This document shows positions 40,652 to 53,329 of a stretch of DNA of 64,000 nucleotides, in pieces. Position 1 is the first letter of the stretch, and each line of letters starts with the position of its first letter. The notes under the pieces were generated by a model. The model saw nothing but the letters and a program-made list of their open reading frames with translations, did not search any database and was not told where the DNA came from. The stretch comes from Lama glama (Eukaryota): positions 64,048,001-64,112,000 of the forward strand of contig CM052816.1 in NCBI GenBank assembly GCA_028534125.1, written 5' to 3'. A program made the position numbers and the translations under genes.

Positions 40652-40857
40652 GTCATGAGAAATGCAGGGGTTGTGCTTACAGAGGTGGGTCTGCTGGTGA
40701 TATTGACAAGTTCTGTCTTGCACAAGCAGGAGCTCCCAGCAGCCTGGGGGCACCCAGCCTGGGTGGACTTGAATCTGCAGGCTGGAGAGGGGATGGCAGG
40801 CTCTGGTGTGCTCAACAGCTGTAAATAGGCAGGCCCAGGCTGCAGCAGTTCTGACTG

Positions 40858-41040
40858 CTGTGGTTCTCAGTCTTTAGCAAGCATCAGAAGCACCTTGGAG
40901 GGCTTGTACAAACACAGATGCCTGGACACCACCCCCAGAGATCGTGATTGGAGCAGGGCCCATGAATTTGCATTTCTAGCAAGTTCCTGGGGATGTTGCT
41001 GCCGCTGCAGGTGTGTAACACTTTGAAGAGCACTGCCTGA
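40858..41040. mobile_element. MER5A MITE
   Basis: gtggttctca...gcatcagaagcacc...tttgcatttctagcaagttcc...actttgaagagcactg. Confidence 0.75.
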
Positions 41041-41899
41041 CTGCTACACTCTGTCCATGTAAATCTAAGAGAATGCTGCACTCGGACTGCTTCTAAAGAC
41101 TCTGAAGTTAGAACCGTGGACGAGGCACTGTGAGAATGGTCTACGTGAGAGAGACGAGAGGAATCCGGAGTCAGCAGAGCTCGCACCTGAAAACAAGGCT
41201 GTGGCCCTAATTGAAAGGATGTGGAATTAATGTGCGTGGCTATGTTTTAAGTAAAAATGCGTTTAAGTCAGTATCAGTAATCAGAAAAGGCGGTGGAAGC
41301 AGCTAAATCAGGATGCCCAGGTCACGCGGTCCCTTTCCAGCTGGTGAGCCTCGGGATTCTCTCTGTTGGGAAGAAAACCTCGCAGGAGGGAAAATACAAC
41401 TCACGAATACTGGTGGCTACCTTTTGGGTTTGCAGCCAGCACCTCCTTGCCATCTGCCCAGTGACAGCACTCCAGTTTCTTTGTGGGAAAACCATTCTGC
41501 CCTTGCTCTCAGCCTGGGACCTTCTAGAGGCAGAACACCCCACTCAGGATGGGCAATCTACACAGACCACCTACCCAGCTACCACAATTGCATCAAGGGT
41601 GGTACAAGGCTCAAGTCTGGGCAATTGGGACTAGTAAGACTCTGCTTTCCAGGATTTTAAGTTATCAGGGAACTGACCTCTCTCCTCCCCTGGCTTGGGT
41701 ATGGTCATGATGTGAGCCTGAAGGCAGCCAGAAAAATTGGAGGATAGAGCCAACCTATAGGAGACAGAGACAAGGGCTGAGTTCAGAGGAAGGTGTGGAC
41801 ATCACTTCAACCCTGCATCAAGCCAGTCTTGAAGCCAGACTTTCATTATATGAGCAAATATATTTCTTTTTTACCTTAAGACCATTTGATTTGGGAGTC

Positions 41900-42380
41900 T
41901 TCATTTATTTACCCCAGAAGAAGACCCTAAGACAAAGACTCACCTGCAAGGCATTTATGTGGGAGATGATTGCAGGAAACCATGGGAAGGGGAGTAAGGA
42001 AGTGAGGCAGGGCAGGGAAGAAAGCCAGTAAAGGGGACATTATCTGGCTGGTGTCATGGTGGGCAGCTGAAGTACAATCCCATGGTGAAGCTCTGGAAAA
42101 CAGTGCAAGCACACCTCCCAGAGTTATCTTAGCCAAACGGCCAGGGGACAGGACATTTACCCACAGGGTCCCACTATCAAGGCTGAGGGCTGCTCAGGGT
42201 ATGAATGAAGGGCATTCCCTCCCTAGTGCTGCTGACCTGACCCAGGCACAGTCAGAGTGCACGTCTGCTTCCAGAAAAGGCCCCCAGACACAGAATTGCA
42301 GGAGCTGGCAGCTGGATTGGTGTTCATGAAAATAATGGGACCAAGAGGACAGAGGTGGCTGCCAGCAGCGTCTGCTTCAT
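41900..42380 (-). mobile_element. LTR16-family ERVL LTR
   Basis: cccagaagaagaccctaagacaaagactc...gcaaggcatttatgtgggagatgat...aggaagtgaggcagggcagggaagaaagcca. Confidence 0.7.
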
Positions 42381-42741
42381 CTGGGTTCTCTATTACTTGC
42401 AAAAGAGAAACACTCACTGATATTTTAAGGGGCTCAGCACCATGCTTGGAACATAGTAGGCCCTCGAAAATCAGTCACCATCAATACTAGTTTCATCGCT
42501 ACTGACCAGCAATGAGCATTATGAAGATCCAACTTGTGCTACAATTACAAGTATTATCTTTGCAACCAAGAATTCTTAAGTAGATTAGGTAAAGAAAGTG
42601 ATGTCTCAAAAGAAGTCCCTCAGTGCCAACCAGAGCTGTGGGTTCAGGGACTCTACCCTCTGCTGGGCCCTCCGTACGGCAGAGGGTATCTGAATCCCTG
42701 AGCCAGCCTCAGTGCAAATGGTCCCTTCAAGAGTTGCTTGT

Positions 42742-42824
42742 CTCTAGGTCCATCCATGTTGCTACAAATGGCATTATTTCATTCTTTTTTATGGCTGAGT
42801 AATATTTCATTGTGTGTGTATGTA

Positions 42825-42867
<43 letters not shown>

Positions 42868-43209
42868 CACATCTTCTTTATCGATCATCTGTTGATGGAC
42901 ATTTAAGTTGTTTCTATGTCTTGGCTGTTGCAAATAGTGCTGCTATGAGCACTGGGGTGCAGGTATCTTCTCAAATTAGTTTTCTCCAGATATATTGAGT
43001 GAAGTAAGGCAAACAGAGAAAGACATATCATATTATATCACCTATATGTGGAATCTTAAAAAAAAATTAGGAGGTGGGGATTAACAAACACACATTACTA
43101 TATATAAAATAGATAAACAATGACCTACTATGTAACACAGGGAATGATAATTCAGTTTCTTGTAATAACATATAATGGAAAAGAATCTGAAAAGAAAATA
43201 TACATGAAA
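42742..43209. mobile_element. 5'-inverted (twin-primed) truncated L1: antisense part ~42742-42994, sense part ~42995-43209
   Basis: Minus-strand ORF2 C-terminus (MKYYSAIKKNEIMPFVATWMDLE, ORF 42727..42933) abuts plus-strand agtgaagtaaggcaaacagagaaagac; candidate TSD flanks. Confidence 0.8.
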
Positions 43210-43659
43210 AAGAGTCACTTGTGGGCTCCCTAAACAAGGAAGATGGGGAAGCCCACCTGGAGGGGCTTGGTTATATAGGTTGAGAAGACATGTACAAAAG
43301 AGACTTTTTGTTCTTTTTTTTTTTTTTTCCAATCTTGGTTACAGTTCCTGCTTTTCTTCTTAAAGAAACTGATATAATGTTGAAGACTATGACTCATTAA
43401 TAATTAACTGGTTGGAATAAATGTACTTAACTATTTCAAGGGTTTGGACTGAGAGGTTTCACTACTATAGTCCAAACACCTGTCAGGAAGAAAGATTCAG
43501 CCTCACCAAGGTCATGCCCAGTTGATCTGTTTGGGCCTGGAGGTGGGATTGGGGCCCAGAGCCAGAGCTGCTGCATCGTTTGGGCATGGCCCACCCACCC
43601 CTGAGCTCCCGGAGAGGCTGCCCTCTTCCTGCATTCCAGTGGCACCTGACTCCCAGGGT

Positions 43660-43830
43660 CACATGTTCCAGGCACTTTTGTATGCACTTACTGCCTGTGA
43701 GACAGGAACTTTTATAATTCCTATTTCACAGATGAAGCAACTGAGGCACCAAGAGGGCACACAGCTAGTAAACGGTAAAGTCAAGATCTGAACCCGAGTA
43801 TTCTGGTTCTAGAGGCCACTGTGCTCTGTG
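43660..43830 (-). mobile_element. MIR SINE
   Basis: ttcctatttcacagatgaagcaactgaggcac...cacacagctagtaa...tctgaaccc. Confidence 0.75.
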
Positions 43831-44289
43831 GTTTAGAATATCATGTTCTGGACATATGGTTTATCCATGCCCAAGTTAGGTACAAGCCTTCACCCAGCCA
43901 GGAGATAGAGATATGCTCTCACAGCCCTTCTCTGCCTGCAGCCATCCTCTGTCCGCTCATGTGCTGTGTCACATGCAGCCTGAAGAAGGTAAACAATACA
44001 TATTGTTGTGTGTCATTTGTAGCGTCCTATATATCTGGGATGTATTCAGGGAGCCACCATTCTCACAGGTTTCTCCTACTAGTCCCACGTAAGTAGGACA
44101 AGGCTACTCCCTTAGCCTCGTGAACTGCATATGCTGCAGAAAAGTTGTATGTCCCATTTTTGAAGAGTCAAGACAAAACTTTATAAAGGAAGTCAGAGAG
44201 GGAGAAAGAGCATTAGCAGCAACTCTAAACGTGACAAAGAAGCTTGTGGCTTTGAGCACAAGTACAATCGGCTAGGCAGAAATTACAAT

Positions 44290-44470
44290 GGCAGCTCTAC
44301 TCAGTGACACTGGAAAAGTGACCATCCTTTCAGAGCCTCATTTTTTCCCATCTGTAAAATGCAGGTGATACTGCTCATTTGACAGGGATGTCACAAGATT
44401 TCAATGAGAAAGTCTGGATAAGGCTGGTGCCAAGCACAGGCATACGGTGGGCTTCCAATAAATGCTCATT
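44290..44470 (+). mobile_element. MIR SINE
   Basis: gagcctcattttttcccatctgtaaaatg...caataaatgc. Confidence 0.7.
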
Positions 44471-45434
44471 TCCTTCCCTCCTCTTGGTAAAGGGAAGAAA
44501 CATGGCATATGGAAGGTTAACTTTCCTCCAATTCCAGGAATAATGGAAATGGTTTTGCTGATGTCATGGGAAGAAGGGCCCCACTTGGGAATGGATGCTG
44601 CTGGGGGAAGAAAATCCTGCTCAGCATCTATACATTGTGCAGGGATTTCTACCTCAGGCTTCCAGCAAGTCATGGCTGTGAAATTATGGCAGTTGTTTAT
44701 CTAGCCAGGGGAGAGGGTGAGGGGAAAGGAGTCTTTGCTTGGGTCCCTATGTCCTCAGCCCACATGCATACCTCCTGGGACTGCAGCTTTAGACTGAACG
44801 TGAACCCTGCAGTTTGTGAGTTTGTTTGCTTTGGGCAAATAATGACTTCCTGTTTCTTAGAAGACAGAGCAAAGCTTCCCAAGGCTTCTCTGCCAGGCAG
44901 CAGTTCTTACCAAAGGACAGGAATGCTTGTGGGGTAAACAGAATGGAGACACGGGGATGAGGCCCGCCCACTGAGCAGCCCCAAGAAGGGCATTTGGGGT
45001 TTGAGAAATAGGCAGGACATCTCAGCTTCCCCAAGCTCCCAAGAGCGGTTTCTAGGACTCCTAGGCTGCTGCCCACACACGCTGCATCTGCACTGTGAGA
45101 TTCTCACTGGACCCCCGGAGTTGACACAGTAATTCCCCTGCCTCCTGTGCCACTTGGCAGCTCTTCCTACCCACAGGGCAGTCTGAAGTCTGAATTCTTC
45201 TCTGTCCAAAAAGCATGCCAATCTCATTTTCACCCCTAAGCCCCCATAAGTTGTCCCGTTTGCCTCCCCATCCTTCAAATATGCTCAGCTCTTACCTCAC
45301 TTCTTACAGGACATCCTCCTGGATTGCTCCTCTGCTCTTCCTGTTCATGGGTCTTGCCACTCAGTACTATTCTGTAAAGTTAGTCTCATTTCCATGGCCC
45401 CAAATTGCAAATGGTCTGAATTCAAGGGTCTAAA

Positions 45435-45620
45435 TATTAGCTAATGTATGCTGAGAGCTTTACAAACTTGATTTTATTTAGACCTTCACAACCCTTACGA
45501 AGTAGGCACTTTTAGTATCCCCATTTTACAAATGAGGAAATTAAGGCTCCAGATGTAAACAATGTACCCGAGATCACAGAGGTAGTGGCAGAATCAGACC
45601 ACGACCCAGCTCTGACTCTA
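45435..45620 (-). mobile_element. MIR SINE
   Basis: cttcacaaccct...atccccattttacaaatgaggaaattaaggctc. Confidence 0.75.
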
Positions 45621-45691
45621 GTGCCTATTCTTGTGGGCACCACGGGATGTTGCCTCCTGGAAAAATGTTAACTAGTCGTTGACTAGACAGA

Positions 45692-45877
45692 CTGGTGGTT
45701 CTGAAAGGACTGCTCCAGACCAGCAGCATCAGCAGTGCCCAGGAACTTATCAGAAATGCAAACCATTAGGCACTCCTCAGACTTACTGAATAGAAACTCC
45801 AGGGGTGGGGCCCGGAAATCTGTGTTTTTAAAAGTCCTGCAGGTTCTTCTGATCTTTGCTGGTGTTTGAGACCACCT
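45692..45877. mobile_element. MER5A MITE
   Basis: gtggttct...ccagaccagcagcatcagca...cagaaatgcaaa...ggggtggggccc...gtttgagaccac. Confidence 0.8.
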
Positions 45878-45884
45878 GACCAGA

Positions 45885-46280
45885 ACAAGGATTGGCAATT
45901 TTTTTTTCTGTTAAGGGCTAGATAATAAGAGATTTTATTTTAGACTTTGTAGGCCTAGAGGTAAATTGAAGGCTATAACACAGATAATTTCATAACAAGA
46001 TAGAAAAAAATTTCCAGGAACTTTTTACTGATGAAACTCAAAATATGATAATCATTTAGTGTGACTTTTTCTTATAATAAAGACCTAAAAATAAGAAGAG
46101 TGGGATTCATTGGGCGTGGGGGGATAGTATCTTGCTTACTTGGGACTCAACGTTAGGGTTCCCTATCATCAAATCAACTGCAGATGTTCATCTGTAAAGA
46201 CCATTCTTAGTTTCCTGCACAAAGCAGGCAGTGGGCAGGGTCTGGCCTGCAAGATGCAGTTAGCCAACTCCTGGGCTGGA
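45885..46280. mobile_element. MER58-family hAT element
   Basis: caaggattggcaattttt...ctgttaagggctagata...ggcagtgggcagggtctggcc...gttagccaactcctg termini. Confidence 0.7.
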
Positions 46281-46364
46281 CCATCCCCCCTGAATCAGTA
46301 GCTGTAGGTGCCCTGGGGCAACACTTGTCTAAACTGAGCAGTCACTGTGAACAATCAGTTTGGT

Positions 46365-46585
46365 GATTCCACGCCCCTAACCCCACTCTCCACCCCCCAA
46401 AACAGTTGCTCAACAGAACTGACAGATTTGACCAGGCATTTTGGCATCGTGTAACTCTCAGAGAGGCTGTGATAAGCCAGGCAGGCCCTGCCTTATATAG
46501 CTCCCTGGTCGGGAGAACAGCTGCCCGGCCAGGTGGCCGAGCAGCTGCAGGGAGCCCTCAGCCCTGCTCCCACCGCCACCTGTGG
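46365..46585. promoter_or_regulatory. Candidate enhancer: GATA site, CArG-like/TATA-like element and clustered E-boxes
   Basis: GATAAG 46471; CCTTATATAG 46491-46500; CAGCTG 46518, CAGGTG 46530, CAGCTG 46542; also CAGTTG 46403 and CACCTG 46577. Confidence 0.4.
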
Positions 46586-46844
46586 CTTCCCTTTCACCCT
46601 CAGTCTGCCCCTCCCAGACTTCTCAGGGCAGGCACCCTGCTTGCTCCCGGAAAGGTGGGTGTCTGCAGAGGACAGAAAGTAACAGTTTGCCCCATTTTTA
46701 TTCTTGACCTGGCTTTCTCAGCACCTGTCTGAACAAACAACAGGATGGGAGATCACAGGCAGCTAAGATATAGAAGTATCCAGAAGAGCTAAACCTTTAA
46801 TGGTCCCTTAACAAAATAGCTGGAAAGAACAAATGGCTGAATTA

Positions 46845-48650
46845 TTTGGTTGAATTGTGTCCCTCAAAACAGTATATTCAAGTCTTAACTCTCAGTACCT
46901 GTGAATGTGACCTTATTTAAAAATAGGGTGTTTGAATATAGAATGAAGAAAAAGACAGTCTCTTCAGCAAGTGGTGTTGGGAAAATTGGACAGCCACATG
47001 TAAACCAATGAAGTTAGAACACACTCTCACACCATAGACAAAATTAAACTCAAAATGGCTTAGACTTAAACCTAAGACAAGACACTATAAACCTCTTAGA
47101 AGAAAACATAGGTAAAACATTCTCTTACATAAATCTCAGCACTGTTCTTCTAGGGCAGTCTGCACAGGCAATAGAAATAAGAGCAAAAACAAATGGGACC
47201 TAATTAAACTTACAAGCTTTTGCACTTACAAACAAAACAAAAAGCCTACGGAATGGGAGAAAATTTTTGCAAATGATGCAACTGACAAGGGCTTAATTTC
47301 CAGAATATACAAACAGCTCATACAACTTAATAAAAACAAACAAACAACCCAATCCAAAAATGGGCAGAAGATCTAAACAAGCATTTCTCCACTGAAGACA
47401 TACAAATGGCCAATGGGCACATGAAAAATGCTCAATAATGCTAATTATTAGAGAAATGCAAATCGAAACTACAATGAGGTAGTCACACCAGACAAAATGG
47501 CCATCATTAAAAAGTCCACAAATGATAAATGCTGGAGAGGGTGTGGAGAAAAGGGAACCCTCATACACTGTTGGTAGGAATGCAAATTGGGGCAGCCAGT
47601 ATGGAAAACAGTACAGAGATTCCTTAAAAAACTAAAAATAGACTTATCATATGATTCAGCAATCCCACTCCTGGGCATACATTGAGAGGAAGCTTTAATT
47701 TACAAAGATGCATGCACCCCAATGTTCATAGCAGCACTATACAATAGCCACGACATGGAAACAACCTAAATGTCCATTGACAGAGGACTGGATAAAGAAG
47801 TCATGGTATATTTATACAATGAAATACTACTCAGCCATTAAAAAATAAAATAAAATAATGTCATTTGCAGCAACATTGATGGACCTGTAGATTGTCATAC
47901 TAAGTGAGGTAAGCCAGAAAGAGAAAGAAGAATACCATATAATGTCACTTACATCTGGAATCTTAAAAAAAAACACAAATGAACTTATTTACAAAACAGA
48001 ATTGGACTCAGACATAGAAGACAAACTTATGGTTACTGGGGAGGGGCACAGTGGGAAGGGATAAATTGGGAGTTTGAGATTTGCAGATACTAACTACTAT
48101 ATGCAAAACAGATATACAACAAGTTTCTACTGTGTAGCACAGGGAACTAAATTCAGTATCATGTAGTAACCTACAATGAAAAAGAATATGAAAAGGAATA
48201 TATGTATGTGCATGTATGACTGCAACATGATGTTGTACACCAGAAATTGACACAACACTCTAAAATTACTATACTTCAATAAATAAGAAAAAAATTAAAA
48301 TGGGGTCTTTGCAGGTATTATCAAGTTAAGATAAGGTCATCCTGGATCAGAAAGAATCTTATAAAAGGAAGGAAATTTGGACACAGGGACTCTCAAAGAA
48401 ACATGTGAAGATGGAGACAGATATTAGAGTAATATGTCTACATGCCAAGGGATACCAGAGTTTGGGAGCAACTTCCAGAAGCTAGGACAGCAGAATGGAA
48501 CACATTCTCCCTTTGACACTCCAGAAGGAACCAACCATGCCTACACCTCGACTTCAGACTTCTAGTCTCTAGAACTGTAAGAGAATAGTTTTCTGTTGTC
48601 TTAAGCCACCCAGTCTTGGTACTTTGTGCCGGCAACTCTAGTAAATAAAT
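46845..48650 (+). mobile_element. MLT1A/B/C-type LTR split by an L1 insertion
   Basis: ggttgaattgtgtccc...gaatgtgaccttattt resumes after the L1 as ggggtctttgcag...aagttaagataaggtcat...agaactgtaagagaata...ttaagccacccag. Confidence 0.8.
46935..48296 (+). mobile_element. 5'-truncated L1 (ORF2 C-terminal remnant + 3'UTR + A tail), artiodactyl/camelid type
   Basis: Reads [18 protein letters not shown] (L1 ORF2); 3' end cagaaattgacacaacactc...atacttcaataaa; 15-bp TSD. Confidence 0.92.
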
Positions 48651-49314
48651 GCAGCTGGTAATAAGGGAGTGGTAAGATACAGTGAGATACATCAGAATGA
48701 CCAGAGAGGACAAATCAGTATACTTTTAGAAATCCCTAGCATTTGAGACTGTGCTTGATGTAAAGAAGCAGATTTCAAAACTAACTTTGCAATTTTAAAA
48801 CTTACATTTATGTACACATACTACGTAGACAAAAGTTTGGACAAAATATAATATTTGCATTATTTATCACTGTGGGAGGATAAAATAAACATGGGTTATT
48901 AAAATTAGGAAAATAAAAACAATTAAATAGAAGTAGTAATCCATGTTTACTCTGAACAAAAAAAATCCAAGAAGTAGTAAAGCAAAAGGACAACTATCTG
49001 GAATCGGAGCTATCTGAAGTGGGTCTGAAATAAGCCTGAAGCCTAGGCTGCTGAGCAAGGCACCTGGGGAGCTCCTGTGAGAACAGGTAAAACAAAGGCA
49101 GACACCAAGGCTGCTTCCCAGCCCCAGCTGCACATTAGAATCATCCAGGGAGGTTTCCAAACAAACCAAGTCCCACCTGAGGCCAAATGAATAAACCAGG
49201 AGAGGTCGCCTAGGACCACATGAAATTTAAATTTCATTTTAATCAGTCTTTGCCGTAAGAAAATTCTATATGAGAACACCTGAGTTTGGCCTGCACCAGT
49301 GACAAAATTAATAA

Positions 49315-49550
49315 TCAGTAATATTTCTGAACATTCGCTACATGGGTGGTGTAATTCTAAATTATTTACATGGATTATATCCCTTAAATGTCATAACAGC
49401 ATCATAATCATGGCTGTCACAAATATACACATTTTAGAGGGAACTGAGACCCAGTGATGTTAAGTACTGTGGCCAGGGTCACACAGTTTGCAAGTGGCAG
49501 ATCTAGAATCCAAAATAAGGGAGTTGAGCTCTTCAACCACCACAGTATAC
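49315..49550 (-). mobile_element. MIR SINE (MER5 fragments flank it at ~49120-49300 and ~49650-49790)
   Basis: attttagagggaactgagaccca...ccagggtcacacag...aagtggcaga. Confidence 0.65.
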
Positions 49551-51267
49551 TCCATCTTTGAAGCTTGAGACATGATTACCCAAGCTGGGAATCTGGTAAG
49601 GAAGGTTGTCGCTCAAATCCGGATTGATATTGGAGCCCTACCTTTTCCAGTTTTAGACCTACTTTAAACTTCAGTCTCCCGAGGGGCTTTTAAAAACCCT
49701 GATGTCCAGCCACACCTCAGACCAACGGCCTCAAGCCCTCAGGGTGGAACCAGGCATTGGTTCTTGGAAGCTCCTCAGCAAGCGATAAGCAGCTAAACAT
49801 GATCCCCAATTCTTTCTGGAAAAATACACGGCAATAGACAAATAATAATTTGCCCTAGACAATTTCAAAAAGCTAACTTACAATTATTATAAGCACAGAT
49901 TCTTTTTTTTTATGTTCCCCTTGCCTTTTGACCTCGAAGCCCTTATTTTAACAGGAATTCTGTATCTTCCATATGTTTCTCTGAGTGCCTCCTCTTTTGC
50001 CCTCCCCCAAAACAAGCCACCTGCTCCTTGTTATTCAGAAACTTTCTCCCAGACCCACTTCCCATCGTGTTCCAACATCTGTGCCTCCACCAGGGACTTG
50101 AAGAGCAAACCCAAAACCACAGCAAACCACTCTCCTGTAATTTGCTAAGCTGCCAACCTAAAAAGAGACTAAATAGTCCCTCTTTTTTTGTTGTTTAAAT
50201 GAACTGTGAAACAAACCAAAGTATGGTTTTGTTTTCCAGAAAAAATTCAGTAAATCAGTTTAATGCAGAAGCAAAGACAACATGCCCACAAAACTACAGA
50301 ATGCAAAAAATTCTCCAAAAGCACCTAACATATTCATTTTGAGTGAATCAGACGCAACACATGTGAATAAAACAGGAAGAGGGTGAGGGGTGTTAAGAAG
50401 CTTCAGAAGGGCTGATCTTTGAAAAGCATGTAACAGTGGAGCCACTGAAGACAGAGGCACAAATGTTATCTGCAGAGTCAGCGCAACATTATAGTGCAAA
50501 ACTTTTTATAAATATTAAGCTGCCATCTACCCTCATTGGAAACCATTGCCACTCTTCATGTCCCTGGCCTTCTCTGCTGCATTGAGCATGTGAGACTATG
50601 GCTGGTGAGAGAGTGCCCAAGAAGAGATGGAGATGGAAAGGGGTCCCAGGGTTCAGAGGCCCCACTGCTGTGCTCCTCAAAAGGACAGTCAGCGTAGGTT
50701 GTAGCTGGGGATCAAACTACAGACCTGGGCTCATCACTGACTGAGCTATGGACCCTGAGGCAACTCTCTTTGCACCTCTGAGTCTGTTTCCTGCTCAGTA
50801 AGATGCAAGGTCCTGCAAGGCTTGGAATTTAAAGCAACAGGCTGTCGAAGCCAAGCCAGGTAGCTACCTCTGGATCCTGGGTGGCCTCAATTCCCCCAGG
50901 ATTTGAGGAAAGGTTGCATCCCTTTTGCATCTGGGACCTGGAATGGCTGCCCTCTGGTTTCTATGAAGGGATCCCCTTGTCTTGAGTAGGGCCATGGATA
51001 TCACTGCAACAAAAAAAGATAGCCACGGGAGGGGTCAGCTTGGCGGAGGGTTCTGCATACTCCAGATGACCATGAAGTCATGAGGTGTTGGGAACAGAGC
51101 CTGAGCTTAAACATATATACATACACACACACAATTCTGACAAAAACCAGATTTAGAGTTGGCAAACCTATCTTCCAATCCAATTCAGTTCTGGCACTTA
51201 CTCACTAGACCACTTCAAGTAAATTAATTTTGTATAAAAAATGTCAAATGAGACTCATAATACCTAC

Positions 51268-51672
51268 TGTAGTAGATTAAAGATAGCCGCCAATTTTCTG
51301 CTACTCTTCCCACTGAGAGGTGCAGCCAAATTTCCCTTCTCTTGAATCTGAGTTGGCCTCAGTGACTTGCTTGACCAACAGAATGTAAAGGAAGTGACCC
51401 TGTGTCTGCGGAGGCTAGATCGTATGGAGTCGGGGGCATCCGCGGTGTTTCCTAGAGCGCTCACTTTCAGGATGCTCCCTCACAGGACCTAGCTGTCACG
51501 TCCTGAGAAGCTCAAGCCACCTGGAGAGGCCTCCTGCACACGTTCTGAACAACCAACAATGATCCCAGCCAACAGTCCGCATCTACTACCAGCCATGTTA
51601 TGTGCGCCATCCTCAATGTATCAGCATCAGGTTTGGGGGGAGTGTCTTGTAGCAACAGGTAAACGGACACAC
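51268..51672 (+). mobile_element. MLT1G/H-type MaLR LTR inserted in a MIR
   Basis: tgtagtagattaaagatagccgcca...cttgaatctgagttggcc...tgacttgcttgaccaacagaatg...aagccacctggagaggcc. Confidence 0.75.
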
Positions 51673-52629
51673 CTAACCTGCGGAGCAGGGGACTACCATG
51701 TGAGATTAACTGTCAAAATTATACAAAAGCACCTTGTAAATCATAAAGTGCTCCACAAATGTAAAGGGTCATTGTTAATATTATGAGTTCCTGCATTGCC
51801 CTTCCTGTCCTGGCCCAAAAAGCAACTGTTGGCCCTTGTTCCAGCCCATGGCAATTTTCTGCCTTGGCTCCATGCCTGTGCTCTTGGCTTTCCAGGTGAG
51901 CTTTTTAAAAGAGGCCAAGATCACAGAGAGGAATCCCTGAGGTTTCTTCCCTGAGTTTACTGACCTATATGCCTACACTTGCATCCCTGTACCCTGGGTT
52001 TCCCAGTACCTAAATGTTTCCCAAAGCGCCTCTGTCCACTTATGCCCTGAGAACTAGATGTTCTGTGTCTGAGGTTAGTGTTTCTCTAAGCAGAATCTGC
52101 GCATATCCCTCCTGTAGACAAGTATTCACTGTTGTGGTGAACCAGACCCTCACATTTAGTGGGTCACAGACTGACATGAGAGTGGAAATACGACCATAAC
52201 CAGCTTACTGTGATTTCTTCTCCAAAGGTCTTATCAAACCCACTGCTAGAGAACTGTGGGACTGTTCTTCAGCCAGTCTGCTCACTAACACAGATCCTTC
52301 ATCCTTATTCTCCTCTATACGCTCAAATGACAACACACGAGACAAAGTTCACAGCAGACGCTGTTTAAAAATCCATTCAAGTGTTGAAATTTAGTTCTAC
52401 TCTCGTCATGTAGAGAAGAACTAGATGAAGGGAATCTCTTGATCTAGAAGCTAGCTCTTTGGGCATACAATTAACAGAATTGTTTCTGGATTTCCCACTG
52501 TGTTAATATGTGAAGTTGGGTTACTCTTGTCACCCGTTGTCCCTCCATTTCCTCAACCAGTCAGTGCAGAGAGAGGACAGCGCGCACCCATGCTGTCTCA
52601 CAAACCTGACGGCATCAGCCTCCACCTCT

Positions 52630-53305
52630 CCCACCACTGCAGGAGGCTGATGCCTGTGTCATCATTCGTCTTATGCCATTCTGGCCATCTGCGCTCCTTG
52701 CTATGTCACAGAGGCTGGAAGCCTGCAAACCACCTCACAACATTTCCCAGATCAGTTCCCACCCTGTTGGCTCTCAGCTAGGTTCTGCCAATGGCAGGCC
52801 CTGGGGAGAATAGCAGGAAGGAGGAAGGGTGAAGGTATCTTTGTTCTTTCTGCTTCTGGTATCATCAGTGCAGTAGAAGTAGCAGGCAAGGGGTCACTCC
52901 TGGGTTCCTGGGCAGTAGTGGCAGCAACTTTGGCAACTCAGTGCCCGTGGGCTCTGGCCCTGCAGCAGCCCTGTAAGGGCAGAGGTACTTGGGTTCCCAG
53001 GCTCAACGTGGTGTCAATGAGACCAAGGCTTCTGGTTTCCGGCAAGGTGGTAGCACCAGCAGGTATACCAGTAGTCTGGGAGTCCAGCAATCCTGAATTT
53101 GGGGGAAATACCATATTCTTTTCTATAGTTACAGCCTAGGGGATAGTAACTTCCTATAATTCCTAACACCTAGGTAACCTGATTTTCCTCTTTTTCCTCC
53201 TTTGGTCTTCTGATGCCTGTTAAACACCCAAATCTCTCATTGAATTTCCTCTATTTGCCACACTTGGAGCGGTTTTTGTTTTCCTGACTAGACCCTGATG
53301 CTACT
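52630..53305 (+). mobile_element. LTR40/41-like ERVL LTR
   Basis: gaggctggaagcctgcaaac...acatttcccaga...taggttctgccaatgg...gttttcctgactagaccctga. Confidence 0.6.
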
Positions 53306-53329
53306 CGATAGTCTGAGCACCTACAGAAG

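Noticed and set aside
40400..40660. Poly(A) tract as the tail of a retrocopy
   Set aside because: No upstream AATAAA, SINE body or convincing TSD.
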